From contig OZ244922.1 in the NCBI GenBank assembly GCA_965221905.1, positions 2,976,001-3,040,000 of the forward strand: a DNA stretch of 64,000 bases, written 5' to 3'. The position numbers were made by a program, and so were the translations under genes. Shown in pieces: positions 39,208 to 48,383 of the stretch; the first letter of the stretch is position 1; the number at the start of each line of letters is the position of its first letter. Origin of the DNA: Chloroflexota bacterium (lineage in GTDB: Bacteria; Chloroflexota; UBA11872; VXOZ01). The notes beneath the pieces are model-generated. The model was not told the origin of the DNA and did not search any database. It was given only the letters and a program-made list of their open reading frames with translations.

Positions 39208-42200
39208 GTGTCCATCTTTCGCAGCGGCGCCGTGCCCAACAGCTCCTCTATCTCGTCCTCCACCTCCGGCGTCAGCGCAATCCGATCATGCGTATCTATG
39301 CGCACGTGCACTCCGTTGAGAATAATCCGCAGCGCAACGCGCGTGTCGCCGGGATTTCGGGTCAAGACGTTTGCGACCCGCTGCAACAGTCCCAAGTCCT
39401 GCGCGTCATCCGACGTGCGTTGGAGCACCAGCTCCACCTCCGGCCCCGTCTGATCTACGACATCCGCAACCGGCTGCATTTCCTGCTCAGGATCGGGTTC
39501 GACGCTATCGTTTCGCGGCGAAGCATCTGCGGTGGGTGCTGCAGGGGTCTCTGACTCTTCACCACTGGCAGCCACGGGTTCATCCACAACAGCGGGCCGG
39601 TCAGTGGGGACATCATTGTCGCCAAGAACCCATTCGGGCAAGTCACTGCCGCTGGCAGGCAGCGATGCGCCTTCCCTTACAGCTACCGTAACCGGCGGCA
39701 TTGCCGTGTCCGGCTCTTGCCGCTCTGCGACTGCATCGTCCAAGGGTGCCACGCTCTCCGCCAGGACTTTCATAACATCATCCCGGCTATCCTGTTCCAC
39801 GCGCCCCCGCAGGACAACAAAGTTGCCGTTCACAAGCAGTGCGGCCCGCTCCGCGTAGAGATTGGGGAAGACCGTAACGTCAATTTGGCCGCTCTCATCT
39901 TCTAAAGTAAGCAATGCCATATTCTGACCCTTACGGGTGAGTATCTTGCGCACAGACTCAACTCGCCCTGCCAGAGTGACCCGCTTGCCTTCTCTCTCTT
40001 TGGTGACTTCCGCAGTAGTAGTACCGGCCGCGGCATGCATCCGTTCGATATGCGGCTTGAAGGGGTTTTCGGAGAGGTAGTCGCCGAGCAATTCCTTCTC
40101 CCAGATGCCCTTCTCTTCCGGCGTGGCGGGTTCAGCTTGGGGCAGCGTAAAGCTCGTAAGCATGGCTGCCTGCTCCTCGCCAAGGAATGTCTCGAATAGC
40201 GTGGGGCCCTGGTTGCCTATGCTCTGAGCTTTCTGCGAGGACGCCAGCACGTCGTCCAAGCTCGCGAGCAGGGCGGCGCGATCCCCCATGGTGTCCAGCG
40301 CTCCCACTTTGATGAGGCTCTCCAGCGCGCGCCGATTTACAGCCCGTTGATCGATCCGGACGCAAAAATCATAAAATTCCTGGTATGGGCCGTCAGCGCG
40401 CTGTGCGGCGATAGCCTCTGCCGCCGCCGTCCCCACATTCTTCACCGCGGCAAGCCCGAAGTAGACCGTGCCCTCTTTGATGGCAAAATTGGATTCGCTC
40501 TCGTGCACACTCGGCGGCGCCACGGTAACTTTCAACCGGCGGCACTCGCGCACCGCTTCTACGATCTTGTCCGTGTTGCCGAGCTCGGTACTCAAGACCG
40601 CTGTCATATATTCGGTGGGGTAGTTGGCCTTGAGATAGGCGGTCTGATATGCAATCGTGCCGTAGCACGTAGCGTGCGCTTGATTAAATCCGTACCGCGC
40701 AAAGGGCTCGAAGTCGGCGAAGATCTCCTCCGCGAGCTTTTTCGACAAACCGTTTGCCACTGCGCCCTGGACAAATCGCTCGCGATGCTCCTGCAACTCG
40801 TGCGCAATCTTCTTGCGGACGGCGTAGCAGAGCTTGTCTGCCTCGGCCAGGGTGTAGCCGGCCACCGCCTGCGCCACAGCCATCACGTCCTCCTGATAGA
40901 CCATGATGCCGTAGGTGCGCTCCAGTACCGCTGACATCAGCGGATGCCGCGCCGTCGCCTTTTCGCGGCCATGCCGCCGCGCAACGTACTGCGGAATATA
41001 TGCCATGGGGCCCGGACGATAGAGCGCCACCAGCGCCATGACGTCCTCGATCCGGTCCGGCTGCAATTCCTTCACGTAGCGGCGCATGCCATCGGATTCC
41101 AGTTGGAAGACGCCGGTCGTCTCGCCCGAGGAGAGCAATTTAAAGGTCTTGCTATCGTCCAGCGGAATCTTTTTCAGATCGATGGACTCACCGCGCGTCT
41201 CCGCGATGAAGCGTACAGCGCGGTCCAGGACGGTGAGGTTGCGCAAGCCGAGGAAGTCCATCTTGAGCAACCCGATCTTTTCGATGGCGTTCATCTCAAA
41301 CTGGGTCATTACGCCATCGTCGCCCACGTTCCGCTGCAGGGGGACGTACTCGGTGAGCGGCTCGCGCGAAATCACCACCCCCGCCGCATGGGTGGATGCA
41401 TGGCGCGCCACGCCTTCCAGGTTCTTGGCCAGGTCAAGCAGGCGCTGCACCTGGGCGTCGTCCGCCACGAGTTGCTGCAGGTCTGGTGAATCCCGCAGCG
41501 CATCATCCACCGTGGACATGGTGGGGACCAGCTTCGCGACGCGGTCCACCTCGCCGTACGTCATGCCCAGCGCCCGACCCACGTCGCGCACTGCCGCCCG
41601 CGCCTTCATCGTCCCGAAGGTGATGATCTGCGCCACGTGATCGGCGCCGTATTTCTCCGTAACGTATTCGATGACCTCATTGCGGCGTACGTCCATGAGG
41701 TCTACGTCAATGTCCGGCATGGTGTAGCGCGAAGGATTGAGGAATCGCTCGAAGATGAGACCGTAGTGCAAGGGATCGATGTCGGTAATGCCGGCGGTAT
41801 AGCACACGAGACTGCCCGCAGCCGAACCCCGCACGGTGGTGGGTATCCCCTGCTCTTTGGCCCAGTTTACAAAGTCCGCCGCGATCAGGAGGTAGGAGGA
41901 AAAGCCCATTTCCCCGATCACGCCTAACTCGTATTCCAAGCGCTCGTGCGCGGCGGCATCGGGCTCGGCATAGAGCGCCGCCAAGCCTGCTGTGCACCGC
42001 TCGTGCAGGAACGTGCGCGCCGTATGCCCTTCCGGTACCTCGAAATGGGGCAGAATACGCTGGTCGAGGGCAAGCTCCACGTTGCAGGCTTCCGCAATTT
42101 TGACGGTGTTCGTCAGGGCTTCGGGAAACTCGGAAAAGATTTCCCACATCTCATCGGCGCTGCGCAGGTAGAACGCATCCTTCTCCATACGCATGCGGTT

Positions 42201-42899
42201 GGAGTCGTTCACATTGCTGTTCGTCTGGATGCACAGGAGCACGTCGTGGGCATCGGCATCCTCACGGCGGGTGTAATGCCCATCGTTCGTGGCAACCAGC
42301 GGCAGGTCGAGTTCCCTTGCCAGCTTCACGAGCTTCCCGGTAACTTCCTGCTCCCAGTCCATACCGTGGTCTTGGATTTCGATGTAGAAGCTATCCGGAC
42401 CGAACAGATCGCGGTAGCGGAGCGCCAATTCCCGCGCCTTGTCCTCGTTCCCGTCCCGGAGCGCCCGCGGAATCTCGCCCGCCGGACAACCCGAAAGGCA
42501 AATGAGACCCTCGTGATATTGCTCCAGCAGTTCGTGGTCCGCCCGCGGCTTGTAGTAGAAGCCTTCCAACTGCGCCTGCGTCGCCAGTTTGACGAGATTC
42601 TTGTAGCCTTGGTTGTTTTTCGCCAAAAGCGTGAGGTGGTATTGCCGGTCGTCTAATTTCGGCTCGCGGTCGAAGCGCGAGCGGGTCGCCATGTACACCT
42701 CGCAGCCCAAGATGGGCTTGATGTCCCGTTTGCGCGCTTCTTCATAGAACTCGATGGCGCCGTAGAGCACGCCGTGATCGGTGAGCGCGATAGCCGAAAA
42801 ACCCAGTTCCTTGGCGCGGTCCATCAACTCCGGCATGCGGCTCATGCCGTCCAGCAGACTGTAGTGCGTATGCAGATGCAGGTGGGTAAATTGCTTCAT
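39204..42899 (-). CDS. dnaE: DNA polymerase III alpha subunit
   Basis: HLHLHTHYSLLDG PHP domain, RGSAAGS, MPDIDVD, HAAGVVI, KMDFLGL, OB fold. Confidence 0.97.
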   Translation of the reverse strand: MKQFTHLHLHTHYSLLDGMSRMPELMDRAKELGFSAIALTDHGVLYGAIEFYEEARKRDIKPILGCEVYMATRSRFDREPKLDDRQYHLTLLAKNNQGYKNLVKLATQAQLEGFYYKPRADHELLEQYHEGLICLSGCPAGEIPRALRDGNEDKARELALRYRDLFGPDSFYIEIQDHGMDWEQEVTGKLVKLARELDLPLVATNDGHYTRREDADAHDVLLCIQTNSNVNDSNRMRMEKDAFYLRSADEMWEIFSEFPEALTNTVKIAEACNVELALDQRILPHFEVPEGHTARTFLHERCTAGLAALYAEPDAAAHERLEYELGVIGEMGFSSYLLIAADFVNWAKEQGIPTTVRGSAAGSLVCYTAGITDIDPLHYGLIFERFLNPSRYTMPDIDVDLMDVRRNEVIEYVTEKYGADHVAQIITFGTMKARAAVRDVGRALGMTYGEVDRVAKLVPTMSTVDDALRDSPDLQQLVADDAQVQRLLDLAKNLEGVARHASTHAAGVVISREPLTEYVPLQRNVGDDGVMTQFEMNAIEKIGLLKMDFLGLRNLTVLDRAVRFIAETRGESIDLKKIPLDDSKTFKLLSSGETTGVFQLESDGMRRYVKELQPDRIEDVMALVALYRPGPMAYIPQYVARRHGREKATARHPLMSAVLERTYGIMVYQEDVMAVAQAVAGYTLAEADKLCYAVRKKIAHELQEHRERFVQGAVANGLSKKLAEEIFADFEPFARYGFNQAHATCYGTIAYQTAYLKANYPTEYMTAVLSTELGNTDKIVEAVRECRRLKVTVAPPSVHESESNFAIKEGTVYFGLAAVKNVGTAAAEAIAAQRADGPYQEFYDFCVRIDQRAVNRRALESLIKVGALDTMGDRAALLASLDDVLASSQKAQSIGNQGPTLFETFLGEEQAAMLTSFTLPQAEPATPEEKGIWEKELLGDYLSENPFKPHIERMHAAAGTTTAEVTKEREGKRVTLAGRVESVRKILTRKGQNMALLTLEDESGQIDVTVFPNLYAERAALLVNGNFVVLRGRVEQDSRDDVMKVLAESVAPLDDAVAERQEPDTAMPPVTVAVREGASLPASGSDLPEWVLGDNDVPTDRPAVVDEPVAASGEESETPAAPTADASPRNDSVEPDPEQEMQPVADVVDQTGPEVELVLQRTSDDAQDLGLLQRVANVLTRNPGDTRVALRIILNGVHVRIDTHDRIALTPEVEDEIEELLGTAPLRKMDT

Positions 42900-43155
42900 G
42901 TAGACACACCGCTCCTAAGATCGGCTCCGTGCCAAATGGGAAATTTTCTTGGTCTAGAATACCTGGACGGCGACGATAATGAAAGCGAAATTACGGTCTT
43001 GACGGAAGGTATTTTAGGGCCTCCAGGCCGCTCGATTCCGCCTACCGCAAGGATCTCGCAATGGTGGGGAAAACGTTCAGAATATGTGTAGCTTCCATGA
43101 GGGTTTCCAGCATCGAATTCCACTTCTGCTGTATGCGTGAGAAGCGGCAGTCTTC

Positions 43156-43875
43156 GTCATTCCGGCTTGCGCCGGATTCCATCTTGTCCAAGCCGACCCA
43201 ACTTCCGATAGTGCTATAGCAACCTCATTGAAACGGGAACCCCCCCGCCATCATCTCTTGCTGCAAAATTCCGCTCTAACTGCTCACGCCGGCGGCGAAT
43301 CGGCCCGTCATTCACGCAAAAGCGGGAATCCATTTTCCTCTTGTCAAGCGTACTGCAAGACACGTGTATGCCCGCCCACAACCAGGGCCGTAGTCGGAAA
43401 ATCCCCTCTCCATCGAGGAGACCTTTGCATAACTCCGTCAATCCGGCGAAAGCCGGAATCCAGAGCGGGGTGTGGGTAGACAGGGATTGCTTGTAGTGAG
43501 GCCGTTATTCACCCCCATCCCGACCTTCCCCATCAAGGGGGAAGGGGTATCGCAATGGTCTCATGTCGAGGGAGAGGGCAAGGGTGAGGGTGAGGGTGAA
43601 TCCTCGCCAGCAATGACCAAGCCCGTTCGCTTTGTCGAATTACGCGGAGGTTGCCAAGGAGGGAAAAGCCCCCGCGCAACCATGTTCCCAATGCCACTGC
43701 CATGAGTATTTGCCGCATTCCTCTCCGTCATTCCCGCGAAAGCGGGAATCCATCTTCTCCATGCAATTGCCCCTACCCTGCGAAGGACAAGCCACACGCC
43801 CTACGACCTACCCACCGCAATTCCTACAAGAAACAGCGCCAATCCTCTCCGTCTTTCCCGCGAAAGCGGGAATCC
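43156..43875. repeat. Intergenic cluster of several palindromic repeat families
   Basis: Five GTCATTCC..GGAATCC-type copies plus CCTTCCCC..GGGGAAGG and GGGAGAGGG..GGGTGAGGG types. Confidence 0.85.
43418..43562. mobile_element. Candidate MITE with GAGACC termini
   Basis: GAGACCTTTGCATAAC at the left end, GTATCGCAATGGTCTC at the right; splits a CCCCTCTCC..GGGAGAGGG palindrome. Confidence 0.5.
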
Positions 43876-43964
43876 ATCTTCTCTTCGACTTAAGGTATTC
43901 ACCAAACAGAAAAGTCCCGCTCCGCAGGAGCAGGACTTCACCTTCCGACCTAAGAACAATTACG

Positions 43965-44324
43965 TCAAGTACTGCACGGCCTTGCCTCACCGGCGCTTTC
44001 TGCCGTATCGAAAGACTGACCGCACGAGCACGACTGCTCGGCATTAGGATTGAGGATAGTAAAGCCGCCGCCAATCAAGGCAGTGCTAAAGTCGATTTCC
44101 GAGCCGCTGAGGTACATCAGGCTGAACGGGTCCACAAAGACGCGCACTCCCCCGTCCTCGACCACCTCGTCACCCTCGTCCGCGCGCTCTTCCATGGACA
44201 TGCCGTACTGAAACCCGGAGCACCCGCCAGGCGACACAAACACCCGCAGCCCCGCCTCAGGATTCCCCTGCTCCGTCAGCAAGCCCTTCAAATGCTCCAC
44301 CGCAGTCGTCGTCATAGATAACAT
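43965..44324 (-). CDS. HesB/IscA/ErpA family Fe-S cluster assembly protein
   Basis: LRVFVSPGGCSGFQYG, NPNAEQSCSCGQSF. Confidence 0.93.
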   Translation of the reverse strand: MLSMTTTAVEHLKGLLTEQGNPEAGLRVFVSPGGCSGFQYGMSMEERADEGDEVVEDGGVRVFVDPFSLMYLSGSEIDFSTALIGGGFTILNPNAEQSCSCGQSFDTAESAGEARPCST

Positions 44325-44569
44325 TGCAGACAATCCTACCGGTTCAGCGCAACGTAACTCTTCTAACCAATTCGTACCTCTACCGCAATCGTACTGATTC
44401 CAAGCCAAGTAGTCAAGCGGAAACACCTCACACGTTCTTCTGCCAAGGAGACTCGCATCACTCTACTCCTAAGAATCCAACTCCGCCCGGCTGCAGCATC
44501 TTGGGCTGATATACTGGGATTATAGTAGTACATGCTAACTGAGTTGGGCGGGTAGAAGGAGTGGAGACC

Positions 44570-45043
44570 ATGAAACTTGGGCAATTATTCAAAGACGCAA
44601 ATCTGGACAAAATTAACCTGTCTACGACTGGAGTGAGTGCTGAGATATCTTTCAAGGCTACCGATAAGAACGCGGCCTGGGAGCTATACATTGAAATGTT
44701 GACGAGGATCGTCACTCAGCCTTTGCCAGAAGAAGCAGGAGACGAAAAGACCGCTCTCGATAGCGTCTACTCGCTGTTCCCAACCACCCGCGAGATATTA
44801 CGCAGGCATGGCCGCAAGGCAATTGAGTTCAGTAAGGTCGCAATTCCAGTCTTGAACCAGGTAGTTCGACCTTTTACCGCAAAGTGGCACAGAGAGTCCA
44901 TCTCCGGTGCGTTCGATGATCCGGCAATACGACAGGACTTTCGTGAAGAGCTCGCGATGTTACAAGTAGAGTTACGCAACTACAACAGCCTGCTGGCAGA
45001 CATCGCCGATGTAGAGGACTTAACGAACTTGGAAGAGAATTAA
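44570..45043 (+). CDS. Hypothetical helical protein, first gene of the AT-richer insert
   Basis: SD GGAG; AAWELYIEMLTRI, GDEKTALDSVYSLF, LNQVVRPFTAKWH. Confidence 0.8.
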   Translation: MKLGQLFKDANLDKINLSTTGVSAEISFKATDKNAAWELYIEMLTRIVTQPLPEEAGDEKTALDSVYSLFPTTREILRRHGRKAIEFSKVAIPVLNQVVRPFTAKWHRESISGAFDDPAIRQDFREELAMLQVELRNYNSLLADIADVEDLTNLEEN

Positions 45044-45221
45044 GGGGGCATTAGAATTCACTTTCCACCAAAGAGAGCCAGGAGGAAAGTTCAGCCTAGA
45101 AAATACATCAATGCTGACATTAGCGCTGAAGGCGTATTCGAATTCTTAAAGGGGTCAGAGCATTGTGGGAGAATCGTATGCGCCATCAGTATGGTCTTTA
45201 TCAAAAAGGGAGTAGTCAAGC

Positions 45222-45701
45222 ATGTCTGAGAGCATCAAGAACGTCTTCATAAGCCACATACACGAGGACGATGAAGGAATTAGCCGAATCAAGAGCGTGG
45301 TCGAGGGGCAGGGCTTGACAGTCCGAGATAGTTCAATTACTTCGGACAAGCCGAATACAGCCACCAACGAGGACTACATCAAGTATCAAATCTTAGCGCC
45401 GCGAATCAACTGGGCGAGCGTACTAGCTGTCTACGTGTCTCCAGAAACTAAACAGAGCTGGTGGGTGAACTGGGAAATAGAATATGCCCACAAGCAAGGC
45501 AAGAGAGTCGTTGGTATATGGGAATGGGGAGCTAAAGGCTGTGAACTACCGGAAGCCCTCCATCGATATGGTGACGCGTTGGTCGGTTGGAATGGGGAAA
45601 GTATCATAGACGCAATAAACGGCGGGTCCGACAACTGGTACGGCCCAGATGGGTCGCAGCAAGAGCGTCGGGCAATCGCGCGCTATTCTTGTGCAAGCTG
45701 A
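45222..45701 (+). CDS. TIR domain protein (ThsB/MTH538/DUF1863-like)
   Basis: NVFISH, DSS, S.WVNWEI with catalytic Glu, K.VVGI. Confidence 0.88.
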   Translation: MSESIKNVFISHIHEDDEGISRIKSVVEGQGLTVRDSSITSDKPNTATNEDYIKYQILAPRINWASVLAVYVSPETKQSWWVNWEIEYAHKQGKRVVGIWEWGAKGCELPEALHRYGDALVGWNGESIIDAINGGSDNWYGPDGSQQERRAIARYSCAS

Positions 45702-45708
45702 TTTTGCA

Positions 45709-46311
45709 GTGCCGAGACTGTTTTCTTACGTCGTTACTAGAGACTATGGGTTCGCCCCAAATCCATTTTACGGTTGTTGCACTTTGGCAACCTGTAAGCC
45801 ACGGATTAGAAACGTCGCTTCGATAGGAGATTGGATAATCGGTACAGGAAGCAAGAAGCAGGGGAGGGATGGATTCCTGGTCTTTGTCATGCAGGTTACA
45901 AAGACCATGACGTTCAACGAATACTGGAATAGTGATCGTTTTCGACCAAAGAGACCTAACTTAAGGGGTAGCATGAAGCAGGCCTTTGGGGACAACATCT
46001 ACTTCAACGACATTGCTGGCGAATGGCAACAACAAGACTCACATCATAGCTACAGAGACGGTTCGCCAAACCACTCAAATATTGCGCTTGACACTCAAAC
46101 TGATAGGGTCCTGATAAGCTCTAACTTTGTATATTGGGGTAAGTCAGGACCCAGAATTCCCCACCGCTTTAGAAACTACAACGGGACCGATATCTGCGCC
46201 GGTCGCGGCCATAAAAGCCAGTTTCCTGAGGCATTGGTCGAGGACTTTGTATACTGGTTTCAGTCACTAAGAGTAACGGGTTATGTGGACGCACCTTCAG
46301 AGTGGGATTGA
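45709..46311 (+). CDS. Nucleotide-modification-associated domain 2 (Nmad2-like) protein
   Basis: SYVV.RDYGFAPNPF.G.CTLATCKP.IR, GDWIIGTG, GDNIY, VLIS..F.YWG. Confidence 0.85.
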   Translation: MPRLFSYVVTRDYGFAPNPFYGCCTLATCKPRIRNVASIGDWIIGTGSKKQGRDGFLVFVMQVTKTMTFNEYWNSDRFRPKRPNLRGSMKQAFGDNIYFNDIAGEWQQQDSHHSYRDGSPNHSNIALDTQTDRVLISSNFVYWGKSGPRIPHRFRNYNGTDICAGRGHKSQFPEALVEDFVYWFQSLRVTGYVDAPSEWD

Positions 46312-46370
46312 TCATCTTCAGGACTAAGATCAGCTTGGGGTCAAGTTAAGACAAAGGAGAATTATATCTC

Positions 46371-47492
46371 TTGCAGTTGCTAAATGACTATGTGACAGCG
46401 ATTCAACGCACCGACAAACTTCCTCACAATGATCTTCAGCCTGTCCTACTGGGCTTGTTTGGTGAGGTCGGCAGCGTAATGGCTACAGCCAAGAAACGTC
46501 ACCGAGAGGATGCAGCTTACGCCGGATATCAACAAGCACTGGAAGAAGAATTCGGTGACGTACTATGGTATTTTGAGGCACTGTGCCGACGCCTGAACTC
46601 TAATTTAGCCGAACTATTCGAAGTCGCGATGGGTCGTAGCGATTACGAGACTGCCTCCTTCGAGAGCAACCTAACCAGGGACATTCCTTCGCTCGCTTTG
46701 CCAGCCCCAAAACCGCAACTGCTAAATGTAGCGTTGTTGGAATTAGGCAAAACGGTCTCTGTCTTGCTCGATTCCGCGGGCCGTAATGAAGAAACAAAAT
46801 CCATGCTCTACACGTTCGCTGATCGCTATTTGCAGGCTATTCAGGCAGCTCACGTGAGTTTTCCAAAGATTGTCGGAATTAATGCTAATAAGGCATGCGG
46901 ACGATTTCTCGATCCTGATATTCCATCCCTACCTACCTTCGACAGCGACTTCCCTGAAGAAGAGAGGCTTCCTGATTACTTTGAGATCAAGATCACCCAA
47001 CGAAAGAGTGGCCAATGTTACCTACAGTGGAACGGCGTATTCATTGGCGATCCTCTCACGGACAACATCAAGGAGCCAGATGGTTATCGGTTCCATGATG
47101 TATTCCATTTGGCGCACGCTGCCGTGCTTCATTGGGCACCCACTTTCCGGTCGCTCATAAAACAGAAGCGAAAGAGTGATCCGAAGGTCGACGAGGCCCA
47201 GGATGGCGGCAGAGCAATTGTCATTGAGGAGGGGCTCAGTGCCTGGTTGTTTTCACGCGCAAAACTCCTTGACTTCTTTGAAGGTCATGACAGCGTATCT
47301 TTTGATTTGCTGAAGACCATACAGCAGTTTACACAAGGATATGAGGTAGAAGAGTGTCCTCTACGTTTGTGGGAGCAGGCGATCCTGCAAGGTTACGAGG
47401 TTTTCAGAGAAGTGCAAAAAAACGGTGGCGGCGTGGTAATAGGTGATCGAAATACTCGCACTATCAAGTTTAGGCCACTAAACGAGGAATAG
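46371..47492 (+). CDS. MazG-like NTP pyrophosphohydrolase with MazG C-terminal domain
   Basis: LGLFGEVGS, EEEFGDVLWY; C-terminal GDPLTDN, DGYRFHDVFH, DGGRA..IEEG; TTG start with AAGGAG SD. Confidence 0.88.
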   Translation: MQLLNDYVTAIQRTDKLPHNDLQPVLLGLFGEVGSVMATAKKRHREDAAYAGYQQALEEEFGDVLWYFEALCRRLNSNLAELFEVAMGRSDYETASFESNLTRDIPSLALPAPKPQLLNVALLELGKTVSVLLDSAGRNEETKSMLYTFADRYLQAIQAAHVSFPKIVGINANKACGRFLDPDIPSLPTFDSDFPEEERLPDYFEIKITQRKSGQCYLQWNGVFIGDPLTDNIKEPDGYRFHDVFHLAHAAVLHWAPTFRSLIKQKRKSDPKVDEAQDGGRAIVIEEGLSAWLFSRAKLLDFFEGHDSVSFDLLKTIQQFTQGYEVEECPLRLWEQAILQGYEVFREVQKNGGGVVIGDRNTRTIKFRPLNEE

Positions 47493-47494
47493 TA

Positions 47495-48154
47495 ATGAGG
47501 CTTGTCCGATTTGTTGAGAGACTGAGCGACTTGAGTCTTGAGAACACCTTTAATCCCTATGCCGAGCGATGCGTTGTTCACGACCGAGATGACGCGCCCC
47601 AATACCGGTCGAGTACACTGCTGAAAATACTTGAGAGAGCTTCAGCGCAGGAGATAGATTCCATTTGGATTGGTCGCGACCTGGGTTATCGAGGGGGAAG
47701 ACGGACTGGGCTCGCATTCACAGACGACATGCACTTCCGCGCTCACGCCGCGAGGTGGGGACTATCAGCCAGTCGGCCAACTATGGGCAACCCGGTAAAG
47801 GAACGCACGGCCGCCGCAGTCTGGAGCGCCCTTTCAAGAATTGAACAATCAGTTTTTCTTTGGAATGTGTTTCCGCTACACCCGCATGAGCCAAATAACC
47901 CATTTAGCAACCGCTCTCACAATAGGCTTGAGAAGCAAGTTGGGGAGAATCTACTCTCTCAACTCGTTTCGATTCTCCGCCCCAGTCGGCTAATTGCAAT
48001 TGGGAAAGTTGCTGAACAAACAGCACACAATTTGGGCTGCTCCTATAAGGTAGTTCGCCACCCCAGCTATGGGGGACAAACGGAGTTCCTAACGCAAGTA
48101 GCTGAGTTGTACGACCTGCCAGATCGCTACCAGAGCGTGCTTTTTGAGCAATGA
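47495..48154 (+). CDS. Uracil-DNA glycosylase superfamily protein
   Basis: FNPY, GRDLGYRG.RRTG.AFT, WNVFP.HP, SNR, AIGK, RHPSYGG. Confidence 0.85.
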   Translation: MRLVRFVERLSDLSLENTFNPYAERCVVHDRDDAPQYRSSTLLKILERASAQEIDSIWIGRDLGYRGGRRTGLAFTDDMHFRAHAARWGLSASRPTMGNPVKERTAAAVWSALSRIEQSVFLWNVFPLHPHEPNNPFSNRSHNRLEKQVGENLLSQLVSILRPSRLIAIGKVAEQTAHNLGCSYKVVRHPSYGGQTEFLTQVAELYDLPDRYQSVLFEQ

Positions 48155-48383
48155 AGGTCGGACCTCAGCGGCGAATTCTGATCCCGGACCTCAACATTCT
48201 CGCGAATCCTTCAGCTTGAAGTGACTGAGATTTCTGTCAGCCTTTTGGGAGATGGCTGGCCCAAATCGGCAGCCGTCGCAGACCAAAAGCCGTAAAGTGA
48301 TTTGCTGGCATGCCCTTAGCCCCTAGAACAAGCTCGCGGGTTGGACCTACCGGCATTGCCTAAGCCTACCATGCCACAATTGC

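Noticed and set aside
39204-42899. Intein in DnaE, or error-prone DnaE2
   Set aside because: Normal length, no intein terminal motifs, intact PHP histidines, no imuAB
43080-43091. LexA box upstream of dnaE (GAATATGTGTAG)
   Set aside because: Three mismatches to GAAC-N4-GTTC; too weak
43632-44321. 229-aa plus-strand ORF
   Set aside because: Composed of REP translations (SFPRKRES) and the antisense of the iscA-like gene
45222-45701. Canonical Thoeris system
   Set aside because: No ThsA (SIR2-SLOG or TM-Macro) gene nearby
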